Source: an uncultured Dehalococcoidaceae bacterium
Lineage (GTDB): Bacteria > Chloroflexota > Dehalococcoidia > Dehalococcoidales > RBG-16-60-22
Assembly (NCBI GenBank): GCA_964584575.1
Contig: CAZPAS010000001.1
Location: 1 to 56,310 of the forward strand
Length of the DNA: 56,310 bases
Direction: 5' to 3'
Shown: positions 1-9,400 of the stretch, piece by piece
Numbering within the stretch: position 1 is the stretch's first letter
Layout: every line of letters starts with the position of its first letter
The notes under the pieces: generated by a model
The model's input: only the letters and a program-made list of their open reading frames with translations
Told to the model about the DNA's origin: nothing
The model's database searches: none
Program-made: the position numbers and the translations under genes

Positions 1-156
1 GCCAACTGCTATACGTGGGACGAGGAAACGCAACTCTTGAGCATCGTCTACGAGACCTGCCTGGAATGCGGCACCTGTTACGTCGTCTGCGATAAAGGAG
101 CGCTGGACTGGAGTTACCCCCGGGGAGGCTACGGCGTCAGCTACCGGCTGACCTAA
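1..156 (+). CDS. fixX: FixX-type ferredoxin-like protein, C-terminal fragment (5' end cut by window edge)
   Basis: Frame 1 reads ANCYTWDEETQLLSIVYETCLECGTCYVVCDKGALDWSYPRGGYGVSYRLT*. This matches the C-terminal pattern of the complete FixX-like ORF at 43466-43735 ([32 protein letters not shown]). It is absent from the ORF track because it is open at the edge. Confidence 0.75.
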   Translation, partial: ANCYTWDEETQLLSIVYETCLECGTCYVVCDKGALDWSYPRGGYGVSYRLT

Positions 157-162
157 AAAGAA

Positions 163-1053
163 ATGAAAATCATCGTTTGCTTAAAAGAAATTGTCGACCC
201 GGCGCTGAGCCTGGACTTCGGCATGGCTAACCGGGTCGTCTTCCGCGAGGGGCTGCCTCTGCGCTTGAATCCTGACGACGCCTCCGCCCTGGCCATGGCG
301 CTGGGACTCAAAACCCCGGATGAAAGAGAAAAGAACGATATAACCCTTGTATCCATCGGACCGGAAAGGGTAGAGACCTACCTCCGGAACGGACTCGCCC
401 TCGGAGCGGACAAGTCCGTGCGTATATGGGATAAAGATTTTACCAGCCTCTCTTCTTATCAGAAAGCCGGGCTGCTCACGCGTGCCGTATCGCAACTCGG
501 CGCCGACCTCGTTCTAACAGGGGCCATGAGCCTGGATACCGGCAACGGGCAGGTGGGGTCGTTCCTGGCGGCGCGACTCGGCTTGCCGTTTGTCAGCGAC
601 GTCGTCGACCTGGAACCGGACAAGGAACAGGAGAGCATTACCCTCACCCGGGACATCGGACGCGGCGAACGTGAAAGACTGCAATGTCCCCTGCCCTCCG
701 TTATTGCCGTTAAGGGGGAGGGCAAACTGCCGTACGCCTCGCTGGACAGGTTCATCGAGAGCCGGTCCGCCGGTATAACGCTGCTTTCACTTGCTGACCT
801 GGGTATTTCCGCTCAAGAGTTAAAGAACGACCCCGCCAGAGTTACCGACCTTGCTTACCCCAGGCCGCGACCCCGCAAAGTGCCGCCGCTGGACAGCTCC
901 CTGCCGGCGTTCTACCGGATTCTGCAATTACTTGAGGGCGGCATTTCCAGGCGGAAGGGCACCATGCTCGAAGGCAGCACCGAAGAACTCGCCGGACAGC
1001 TCTTCGAGGTCCTGAAAGAAGAAGGGGTAATCAAGCCGGCCAAGGGCCAATGA
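163..1053 (+). CDS. etfB: Electron transfer flavoprotein beta-subunit-like protein (EtfB/FixA family) with C-terminal insertion
   Basis: N-terminus MKIIVCLKEIVDP..., LNPDDASALAMAL and DTGNGQVGSFLAARLGLPFVS are typical EtfB patterns. It starts 6 nt after the fixX stop. It is 296 aa versus about 250-265 for classical EtfB. Confidence 0.85.
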   Translation: MKIIVCLKEIVDPALSLDFGMANRVVFREGLPLRLNPDDASALAMALGLKTPDEREKNDITLVSIGPERVETYLRNGLALGADKSVRIWDKDFTSLSSYQKAGLLTRAVSQLGADLVLTGAMSLDTGNGQVGSFLAARLGLPFVSDVVDLEPDKEQESITLTRDIGRGERERLQCPLPSVIAVKGEGKLPYASLDRFIESRSAGITLLSLADLGISAQELKNDPARVTDLAYPRPRPRKVPPLDSSLPAFYRILQLLEGGISRRKGTMLEGSTEELAGQLFEVLKEEGVIKPAKGQ

Positions 1054-2498
1054 AAGAGTGCGGATTTTCACTCGCCGATAACACCTTCCTGAGAGAAGAC
1101 GTCGATGAATATTTCCTGGTCTCCTGCCTTCCCATCAGGATTCTCCGTATCAACGAGCCGCTTTACCGCCTCCTCGAACATATCCGGGAAGGAGGCATGC
1201 TGTCCGGGTTCATCAGCCAAAATCCGGGCATGGACGCGGGTAATTTACACAGGATATTATTGTCACTGGTTTCCAGGGGATACCTGAAACTGGAAATACC
1301 CACCGATATGGACGAATTCCCATCGGTCTCCGTAATCATCCCGGTTAAAGACCAGCCCGATTACCTCGTCGAGTGCCTGAAATCGCTGCAAACCCTCGAT
1401 TATCCCCAAGATAAACTTGAAATCACCGTGGTGGACGACGGCTCGGAAAAAGCGGTCTCTACATTCGTTGATTCTCCCGAGGTTAAAATCATCCGCCGGG
1501 ACGAATCGGAGGGGCAGGCAGCCTGCCGGAATATCGGGGCGGCAAACGCCCGCGGCGAAGTCCTGGCGTTCATCGACGCCGACTGTATGGCGGACGAGAA
1601 ATGGCTGAAAGAGATAGTTCCCCTGTTCACGTCGTCCCAGGCGGGGGCGGCGGGGGGCTACGTGGACGGCTATTACAAGGAGGGACTCCTCGACAGGTAC
1701 GAGCGGATTTCGTCCTCACTGAACATGGGCAAGCGCCTCCTCATGGAAGGCAAGACGGAATCGACATTCTACGTGCCCACGGCCAACCTGGTGACAACCC
1801 GGGAGGCGTTCACAGCCACCGGGGGCTTCAATGCCGGGATGCGTATCGGCGAGGACGTGGATTTCTGCTGGCGTTTGAGAGACCTCGACTACACGCTGCT
1901 TTACCTGCCCTTCGGCAGGGTCGCCCACAAGCACCGCAATAAGCTCGGCAGGATGCTCAAACGCCGCGCCGAGTACGGCACGTCGGAGGCTGTCCTCTAC
2001 CGCACTCACCGCGATAAAAAGAAGTCCTTTCAACTCTCCGTGTTCTCCGGACTGTCCTTCCTGGCGTTCGCCATCGCCGTCCTGCTGCCGAGTGCCTGGC
2101 CGGTCATACCGTTAATGATACTGCTGGGCATAGACCTCTGGCGCAAGGCCGCCACTCTGCTGAAATACCACGTTAACCTCCCCTTCCCGCAGGTAATCTA
2201 CGCCACTTTAAGGAGCTACCTCTCCTTCTTCCACTTCGGCTTCTTCCACCTGGTAAGATATTACCTGATACTGATATTCGCCCTCGGCTTCCTCTGGCAC
2301 CCCTTCTGGATTTTCGGCGGGATAGCCATTGTTTACACGTCGGTCGTGGACTACTGCGTCAGGAAGCCGAACCTGCTTTACCCCTTCTTCCTCTTTTTCT
2401 ACCTGCTGGAGCACCTAGCTTATCAGGTCGGCGTTTTCTGGGGGTGCGTCAGGCAAAAATTCTTCGGGTCGTATATAATATCGTTCAGGCGTGCATGA
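1050..2498 (+). CDS. Family-2 (GT-A) glycosyltransferase with N-terminal winged-helix/RRE-like extension and polytopic C-terminal domain (MftF-like architecture)
   Basis: ATGA overlap with the etfB stop (1050-1053). GT-A motifs are SVIIPVKD, VVDDGS, FIDADC (DxD) and GEDVDFCWR. It has about 95 aa of N-terminal extension and about 150 aa at the C-terminus with 4-5 hydrophobic helices ending LEHLAYQVGVFWG. The resemblance to MftF (TIGR03965) is from memory and unverified. Confidence 0.75.
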   Translation: MKECGFSLADNTFLREDVDEYFLVSCLPIRILRINEPLYRLLEHIREGGMLSGFISQNPGMDAGNLHRILLSLVSRGYLKLEIPTDMDEFPSVSVIIPVKDQPDYLVECLKSLQTLDYPQDKLEITVVDDGSEKAVSTFVDSPEVKIIRRDESEGQAACRNIGAANARGEVLAFIDADCMADEKWLKEIVPLFTSSQAGAAGGYVDGYYKEGLLDRYERISSSLNMGKRLLMEGKTESTFYVPTANLVTTREAFTATGGFNAGMRIGEDVDFCWRLRDLDYTLLYLPFGRVAHKHRNKLGRMLKRRAEYGTSEAVLYRTHRDKKKSFQLSVFSGLSFLAFAIAVLLPSAWPVIPLMILLGIDLWRKAATLLKYHVNLPFPQVIYATLRSYLSFFHFGFFHLVRYYLILIFALGFLWHPFWIFGGIAIVYTSVVDYCVRKPNLLYPFFLFFYLLEHLAYQVGVFWGCVRQKFFGSYIISFRRA

Positions 2499-3682
2499 CA
2501 AGAGGGACGAAGATGAGTAATCCGTTAAGTTACTTTGGGACTACCGCCGCGCTGCTCGGCAGAGCGCTGGGGTTCCGCTACGCCAGAATGAGGACGGCGC
2601 CCCTCAAGCCGGAGGTGGTCAGCCTGGCGGTGACCAACCGCTGTAACTCGCACTGCATCATGTGCAATATGTGGAAGCGCGCTAAAGAGCACCCGGATAT
2701 CGAGTTCCTTGAAATGTCTCAACAAGAAATTATCGATATTTTCTCGCGTCCCCTCTTCTCAAACCTCGTAGAAATCGACCTTACCGGCGGGGAGCCCCAT
2801 CTCCGGGACGACCTCGCAGATATCGCGCTGGGTATAGCCGCACTCAAACCTAAATTCCTGCCTCACCTGCGAAGCATCGTCATCACATCCAACGGGCTGC
2901 TTCCAAAAAAAATAATCGACAACTATCAGAAAATACTGGAGGGGCTTAAGGGGAAAAATATCGACCTTGTATCCGTGGCGTCCCTGGACGGCATCGGGGA
3001 GACCCATGACAAGGTCAGGGGCACCAAGGGCGCTTTTCAGCTGGCTATGGGGACCATCGGCGGATTGCTGGAACTGAAGGGAAAATACCCTGACTACTTC
3101 ATCGGCGTGAAGACAACGGTCCTGCCGGAAAATATCGATAGCCTGAACGATATCCTCAAGTTCGCCGAAAAAGAAAAGCTCTTTCACATCATCTCGCCGG
3201 CATTCTTCACGGCGACCCGGTTCAGAAACAAAGAAAAACAGGAGGAACTGCGACTCGACTCCGCCAACGATGAGAAGTTACGCCTCTTTTACAATCGCCC
3301 CGAACTGAATACCAACTACTTTTACTCGAGGATACGCGGCTGGCTGTCCGAGGGACGGAAATGCTGGTCATGCACGGCGGCTTACAACTACATGTTCATC
3401 GAGTACGACGGCACCGTATATCCCTGCGAACTGCTCTCCGAGTCGATGGGTAACGTTAAGGAACAGGACCCGGAAACGGTCTGGAACAGCCCGCAGGCGC
3501 ACCAATGCCGTATGCTTATCGAAAATACGGAACAGTGCCGTAAATGCATCGAGCCGGGCGCCGTGCGTTACAGCGCCTGTACCGAGGGCATGAGCTACCT
3601 CGGATTTCTCAGAAAACTCGGCGTCAGCCGGTATAATAAAAGCCTCTCCGGCGAGGGTTTTAACAAGTACCTTGAGGGCTAG
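2495..3682 (+). CDS. Radical SAM enzyme with C-terminal twitch/SPASM-like auxiliary cluster region
   Basis: CNSHCIMC (CX3CX2C), LTGGEPHL, and a C-terminal CTAAYNYMFIEYDGTVYPC (CX12GX4C) followed by CRKC...C. The start is either ATG 2495 (ATGA overlap with the GT stop) or ATG 2513 (AGAGGGA Shine-Dalgarno 6 nt upstream). The ORF-track start at 2444 lies inside the GT gene. Confidence 0.85.
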   Translation: MTRGTKMSNPLSYFGTTAALLGRALGFRYARMRTAPLKPEVVSLAVTNRCNSHCIMCNMWKRAKEHPDIEFLEMSQQEIIDIFSRPLFSNLVEIDLTGGEPHLRDDLADIALGIAALKPKFLPHLRSIVITSNGLLPKKIIDNYQKILEGLKGKNIDLVSVASLDGIGETHDKVRGTKGAFQLAMGTIGGLLELKGKYPDYFIGVKTTVLPENIDSLNDILKFAEKEKLFHIISPAFFTATRFRNKEKQEELRLDSANDEKLRLFYNRPELNTNYFYSRIRGWLSEGRKCWSCTAAYNYMFIEYDGTVYPCELLSESMGNVKEQDPETVWNSPQAHQCRMLIENTEQCRKCIEPGAVRYSACTEGMSYLGFLRKLGVSRYNKSLSGEGFNKYLEG

Positions 3683-4797
3683 TCGTATTTAATGACCCAA
3701 CGCCCGATTACCTTCCGGGCGAGTATCGCCTCCCTGACTTCCTCGAGGTCGTCCAGCGTAATAAATCTGGTAATCAGCTTATCGGTCTTCAGGATGCCGG
3801 TATTCATGACTTCCATCAGGCTGGGAAGGTCCTCGGTGGGATGGGTCTCCCCGTAAAGCGTGCCTTTAATCGACTTGGCATGTAACGGCGCGTAAAACAT
3901 GGGGATATCGGTAGTCGAATTTATCGACGGTATGCCGATGGCAACCACCGTGCCGCCCGAGCGCAGTGAGTACCAGGCCTGCACCTGCGCCCCGGGGTCG
4001 CCGGTGGCTTCGATGGCGAACTGCAGTCCGGCGCCGTCGGTTAGTTCCTTGATGGCGGGGACGGGGTCTTCCTTGCCGGAATCGATGAAGTGGGTGGCGC
4101 CGAATTCCATGGCGATGTCCCTCTTCGAAGCCTCGATGTCGACGGCGATGACCGGATTACAGTTACGCAGCGCCGCGAAACGTATGGCGTTCAAACCGAT
4201 GCCGCCACAGCCCCACACCGCCAGGGAGTCGCCTTCCCTCGCCTGCGCCACGTTGACCACGCTCCCCCAGCCCGTCGCCACGGAGCAGCCCAGCTGGCAG
4301 AGCTGTTCGGGAGGCAGCTTGATATGGTCGGGCACCTTGATGGCGCCGATCTCCGGCATGACGCTGTGGGTGGCGAACCCGGCGATAAAGCTGCCGAGTC
4401 CGACCCTCTTGCCGTCCTTATCCGTCAACCGCGACGTGCCGTCGAGCAGGTTCCCCTCCTGGAAGAACTGCGCACTCGTCTCGCAGAGGTTGGGGCGTCC
4501 CCGCCGGCACTGGAAGCAGTAGCCGCAGGGCACCATCCAGCACCCGATGACGCGGTCGCCCGGTTTCAGCCTGGTTACGCCGGGACCTACTTTCTCCACC
4601 ACGGCGCAGGCTTCGTGTCCGGGCACCATCGGGACGTCCTGCGGTATATAGCCCAGCCAGACGGACGCGTCCGAGTGGCAGAACCCGCAGGCAAGCATTT
4701 TTACCTGTACCTCTTTCTCGCGGGGTTCCGCCAGTTCCAGTTCCTCTACCTCCATCGGCACGCCATACTCGCGTAAAACGGCAGCTCTGATTTTCAT
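3679..4797 (-). CDS. Zinc-dependent alcohol dehydrogenase (MDR family)
   Basis: CGFCHSD, GHEACAVVEKVG, structural-zinc CGYCFQCRRGRPNLC, and Rossmann VWGCGGIGL. Confidence 0.9.
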   Translation of the reverse strand: MKIRAAVLREYGVPMEVEELELAEPREKEVQVKMLACGFCHSDASVWLGYIPQDVPMVPGHEACAVVEKVGPGVTRLKPGDRVIGCWMVPCGYCFQCRRGRPNLCETSAQFFQEGNLLDGTSRLTDKDGKRVGLGSFIAGFATHSVMPEIGAIKVPDHIKLPPEQLCQLGCSVATGWGSVVNVAQAREGDSLAVWGCGGIGLNAIRFAALRNCNPVIAVDIEASKRDIAMEFGATHFIDSGKEDPVPAIKELTDGAGLQFAIEATGDPGAQVQAWYSLRSGGTVVAIGIPSINSTTDIPMFYAPLHAKSIKGTLYGETHPTEDLPSLMEVMNTGILKTDKLITRFITLDDLEEVREAILARKVIGRWVIKYD

Positions 4798-4815
4798 TTA
4801 CGTCCTCCCGTATTT

Positions 4816-6060
4816 CTATTTGCAGTACTGGATATCGGCATTGGGGTAGACGGCGACCTTCGCGCCGGACTTATGATTCTCCCGGAGCAGCTTCAAGACA
4901 TCATCCCACTCATGCACCAGTATCACTCTATCCGTGTCTTCCAGGTAATTTTTACTGGAAAGCTCGGGGTATTCACTGAAAATAATCAGTCTGCTCACGT
5001 TCGACGGCGGCTTCATGCGCAGTCGCAGCTGTCCGCCGATATCGTTCCCGAAAGGGCCCATGAGGTAGTGGGTTATCTGTCCTTCCGGTGCGTTGGCGAT
5101 TAACACGACGTCCCCTCCTTTTTGACTTACCGAGGGAAAGGCGACCAGCAGACCGGTAATAGCCTCGTTTGCCTTGGCGAAGGAATTGGCGACGACGATG
5201 TCCTTGTCTTTAGCAGCGGGTGTAAGATAGTGTTTTGCCGCTTCTTCAAGAGCGGCGTCGTAAGCCGGTACAGGGGCGCCGGCGAAGATTGCCACCGTTT
5301 CCCCCCACGTATTAACGACGGCATCGATTTTCATATCCAGCCCGACCATGTCCGCAACCTCGTTAATTACATGGCGGCGTGGATTGTGTTTATATTTACC
5401 CATACCGGTGATGGTGTCTTTAACTCCTCCTGTCTCCGAAGACACCTGGGGGGTGTGCATAGCCGCTATCGCCCCGAAAGCCGCCACTCCCGGCAGGACT
5501 ATCTTGCTGCCCCCGCCGAACCCCGCCATGATATGCGGGACGATGGAGCCGATGCCTATTTTAAGGTCGCATTTCATTACCTCGGCATTGATATGCACTT
5601 TTATACCGCTGCTGGTCGTACCCGCGTATATGTTTTTCCCGTAAGGAGCGTGGTTATAGACCGGGAACCGCTTCATGACATCCTCGCCCAGCTTTTTGGC
5701 AAAGTCGATGCGGGTCATTGCCTGGTGGCAGCCGCAGGCGGCGATAAAGCGTATCTGGCTGTCCTTTATTCCGGCGGCAGCCAGCTCTTCCAGGACATGG
5801 GGCACTATTTCCGCCACGCGCGTTACCCGCGCCATATCATCAAAGATGATAACCACCTCTTTTTTCCCGCGGGCGTACTCCCGCAGCGGCGGCATGCCGA
5901 TGGGTCCGGATACGGCTTTCCTGATTTCGGCGGGTTTCAGGTGGGGGCGGTTGTACCCCGACATGTTGCAGACCTCTAACCCCCATTCCTCAGGGAAACT
6001 CAATTCCAGTTCCTTTACGCCGTGCCAGGCAAGCTGCGGCAGTTTTATTATGTTCACCAT
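4816..6060 (-). CDS. LarA-like nickel-pincer (NPN) dependent 2-hydroxyacid racemase/epimerase family protein (DUF2088)
   Basis: By-eye match to the LarA layout: PIGMPPLREYARGKKEVVIIFDD, ACGCHQ (His), VPHIMAGFGGGSKIVLPG (His and cofactor Lys), AAMH (His). GGGAGG Shine-Dalgarno precedes ATG 6060, so the track start at 6087 is probably too long. Confidence 0.7.
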   Translation of the reverse strand: MVNIIKLPQLAWHGVKELELSFPEEWGLEVCNMSGYNRPHLKPAEIRKAVSGPIGMPPLREYARGKKEVVIIFDDMARVTRVAEIVPHVLEELAAAGIKDSQIRFIAACGCHQAMTRIDFAKKLGEDVMKRFPVYNHAPYGKNIYAGTTSSGIKVHINAEVMKCDLKIGIGSIVPHIMAGFGGGSKIVLPGVAAFGAIAAMHTPQVSSETGGVKDTITGMGKYKHNPRRHVINEVADMVGLDMKIDAVVNTWGETVAIFAGAPVPAYDAALEEAAKHYLTPAAKDKDIVVANSFAKANEAITGLLVAFPSVSQKGGDVVLIANAPEGQITHYLMGPFGNDIGGQLRLRMKPPSNVSRLIIFSEYPELSSKNYLEDTDRVILVHEWDDVLKLLRENHKSGAKVAVYPNADIQYCK

Positions 6061-6407
6061 GTCAGACCTCCCGTGCCGGATGTGCATTCCGGTTCGTTAT
6101 TTCAAACCAATTATTACAGGGAATTAATATCAATTTCAAATTCCACCCCCATATCACCAAATTCACCGCCAGTTTACGTTGAAAAAGCGTTATTGATATT
6201 ACCGCAGGCTCGGCGCCGGGGCATTTTTTTATAAATCGTTTACATAACACATTGCATTATTAATCAAATATTTACCCGCCCGATGGTATATTTTCGCCAC
6301 ATGGCAAAGATATTCAAGGCTAACGGACATATATTTATTCATCTCCCTGCATGTATGGAAAGGTCCGTCGGCGCGGAAAATAGCTGTATCGGTGAGGGTA
6401 GAAAACA

Positions 6408-9400
6408 ATGAAAGTAAGAACTAAGTTATTCATCGGTTTCGCCGTAATTGTCTCCCTTTTATGGGCAGTCGGGTTACTATCCTGGAGCATTTTCGGCAAT
6501 CTCAACGAACAGTTCGCCGTGGTCGAAGAGGATGTAATTCCGAATACTTTCGCCATGAACGAGTTGGACACCCTTTCCAACCATATATACCGCGAGGTAT
6601 CGGAATATATTTATCACGGCTCGGAGGAAGCTAAGACTGCCGCGATAGCCAACCTGGACCGACTCGAAGAAATAGGAATGGAATACCTGCCGGCTGTGGC
6701 TACACCCGGCATGATGGAACACGGCAAAGACAGCGCCCTGGCGGGTAAAATTTTCGACTTTTATTTTTCTTCCACCTGGATAATCGACCTTAAAGAACGC
6801 GGCGCCGATTATGATACGATACTGGCACGCGACCGTAGTATGAGCCTGAGCTCGCTGCTTGCCATGCAGGAACACGATGATATCCTGAAAGCAGCCAGCA
6901 TCGCAAGCCTGGCAAGGGCTAAGACTTCTTTTAACAAAGCATATAGAGGCGGACTGAATGCTATTCATATCACCGCCGCCCTGGTTACTCTGGCCGGCAT
7001 TATTGCCTGCATTTTGGTAACAAGGTCAATCGTACACCCGCTCATTGCCCTGCGAAAAGGGACCGAGGCAATCGCACAGGGCAATCTCGATTATAAAGTC
7101 GGTACGAAAGCCAGGGACGAAATCGGTGACCTTTCCAGAGACTTCGACAAGATGACGGAGAGTCTCAGCAAGAGCATGACTTCCATAGACAACCTGAACA
7201 GAGAAATCGATGAAAGAAAGCTGGCTGAAGAAGCGTTCAAGGAGAGCCAGAAATTCTCCTCCAGCCTGTTGGAAAATGCCCCGCATGCCATCGTCGTTTT
7301 CAATCCGGACACTTCAGTCAGATATGTCAATCCCGCCTGGGAAAAAGCAAACGGCTGGACAGCATCGGAAATCATCGGCACCAAAGCGCCGTATCCCTGG
7401 TGGCCGGAAGAATACAGGGAAATATTCCATGAAGGCTTTAAAGAAGCCATGGCACAGGAAAGCGGCAGCGGAGAGGTAATCGCCCGGAAGAAAAGCGGGG
7501 AAATATACTGGATTGATATGAACTGGGTATCGGTAATGCACGACGGAAAACCGCAATATACGATAATCAACTCCGTGGATACTACCGAACGGAAGCAGGC
7601 TGAAGAAGCACTCAGGAGCAATGAGGAACGCTTCCGCTTGCTCGCCGATAATTCCACCGAACTCATTGCACGTATACAAATCCTGCCGACAATCAAGACG
7701 GACTACGTCAGTCCATCATGCCTGCACATCACCGGCTATACGCAGGAAGAATTCTATAATAATCCTGATCTCGGACTGGAGATGATACATCCGGAAGACA
7801 GAAAATTCTTACAGAAGCATGTGGGTCCTGATAATAAAAACAACCATGTACCTATTACCGTAAGACTTGTCCGGAAAGACGGTCGGACAATCTGGATAGA
7901 GCAGACCCATACTACTATCTACAATGACCTCGGCGAAGCAATAGCCATGCATCTTGTTTCCAATGATATTACGGAACGCAAGCACGCCGAGGAGGCATTA
8001 AAAGATTCGGAGGAAAGGTTCTCTAAAGCCTTTAACGCCAGTCCTGATATCATGGGAATTACTACCCTGAAGGACGGCAATTATATCGAAGTTAATGACA
8101 GTTTCGTGCAATTTTCCGGTTACTCCCGTGAGGAACTAATCGGGCACACCAACCAGGACCTGAATATGTGGGTCAATCCGGAAGATGAAGAAAAAATGGG
8201 CCAGCTATTAGGAGAAACCGGTAAGATGAGACACGAGGAATTCCTCTTCCGTACGAAGTCCGGTGAAATCCGCACCTGGCTATGCTCGGCGGACATAATA
8301 AACGTGGGCGGCGACCCGTGCATGCTTGCCGTAGCCACCGATATCACCGAACGCAAGAAAGCACTGGAAGCCCTGCACGAATCAGAAGAGCGGTTCTCCA
8401 AGGCATTCCATGCCAGCCCCGGTTCAATGTCCATCAGCAGATTAAGGGACGGCAAATTTATCGAAGTTAATGATAGTTTCCTCAAGGATAAGGGCTATAC
8501 CCGCGAGGAGGTTATCGGCCGTAGCTCGGCAGAACTGGGCATATGGAAGGACGATGAGCACCGCAATAAAGTACTGGATATGCTGCAGGAGCAGGGTAAG
8601 GTCCACAACGAACTTACCCAGTTCCGCACGAAAACAGGTGAACTACGCACCGGATATCTTTCCGCAGAATTCATCACCCTGGGGAACGAGCCGTGCATGA
8701 TTGTCCTGACCACGGATATTACCAAGTTAAGGCATGCCGAGGAACAGCTGAGGCTGCTCGGTTCCGTTACCCAGCAGGTATCCGATTCGACAATTGTTAT
8801 TGATACCGATTTCAAAATCACCTATATGAACCAGGCGGCGGTGGACCAGTTCGGTTATACGCTGGGAGAGGCGCGGGGTAAAACCTTGGGACTCTTCGAT
8901 GCCAGATCAATGTCGAAGAAAGGGACCGAAGAAATTAGAAAAGCCATAACCAGCGGTAAGGGCTTCAAATCAATAAACACCAAAAAGCGCAAAGACGGAA
9001 GCACCCTCATCTGCGACTGCTGCCTTTCACCCCTGTACGACGAAAACGGAGAAATATGTTCGTACATTGACGTCCAGCGCGATATTACCCAGCAGAAAGA
9101 GGTGGAGGCGAAATTACAGGTCCACAAGAAACTCATCGAGCGTATCCTGGCTACCATGCCGGAGGGCGTACTGGTTATCGGCAACGACGATAAGATACTG
9201 CTGGCGAACGAAGCCTTTAGAAAGATATTCCATACCGGTAAAAAGACCATCAGTAACAAACCGCTCGATGAAATAATACCGGTTGAACAATTGCGGAATT
9301 TGTATAAGGCGGCAAAAGAGGGTAATGAAGAGAAAAACACCCTGGAATTCCGTTATCAGAATATAGATATTGAAAAGAGAATCGCCTGCGTTATCACGAA

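Noticed and set aside
1050-3682. Bona fide mycofactocin (mft) cluster.
   Set aside because: Only the glycosyltransferase resembles an Mft component (MftF). There is no MftA-like peptide, no MftB, no MftD (flavoenzyme) and no MftE (creatininase-like). The radical SAM protein (CNSHCIMC) does not look like MftC. I therefore report it as an MftF-like but distinct system.
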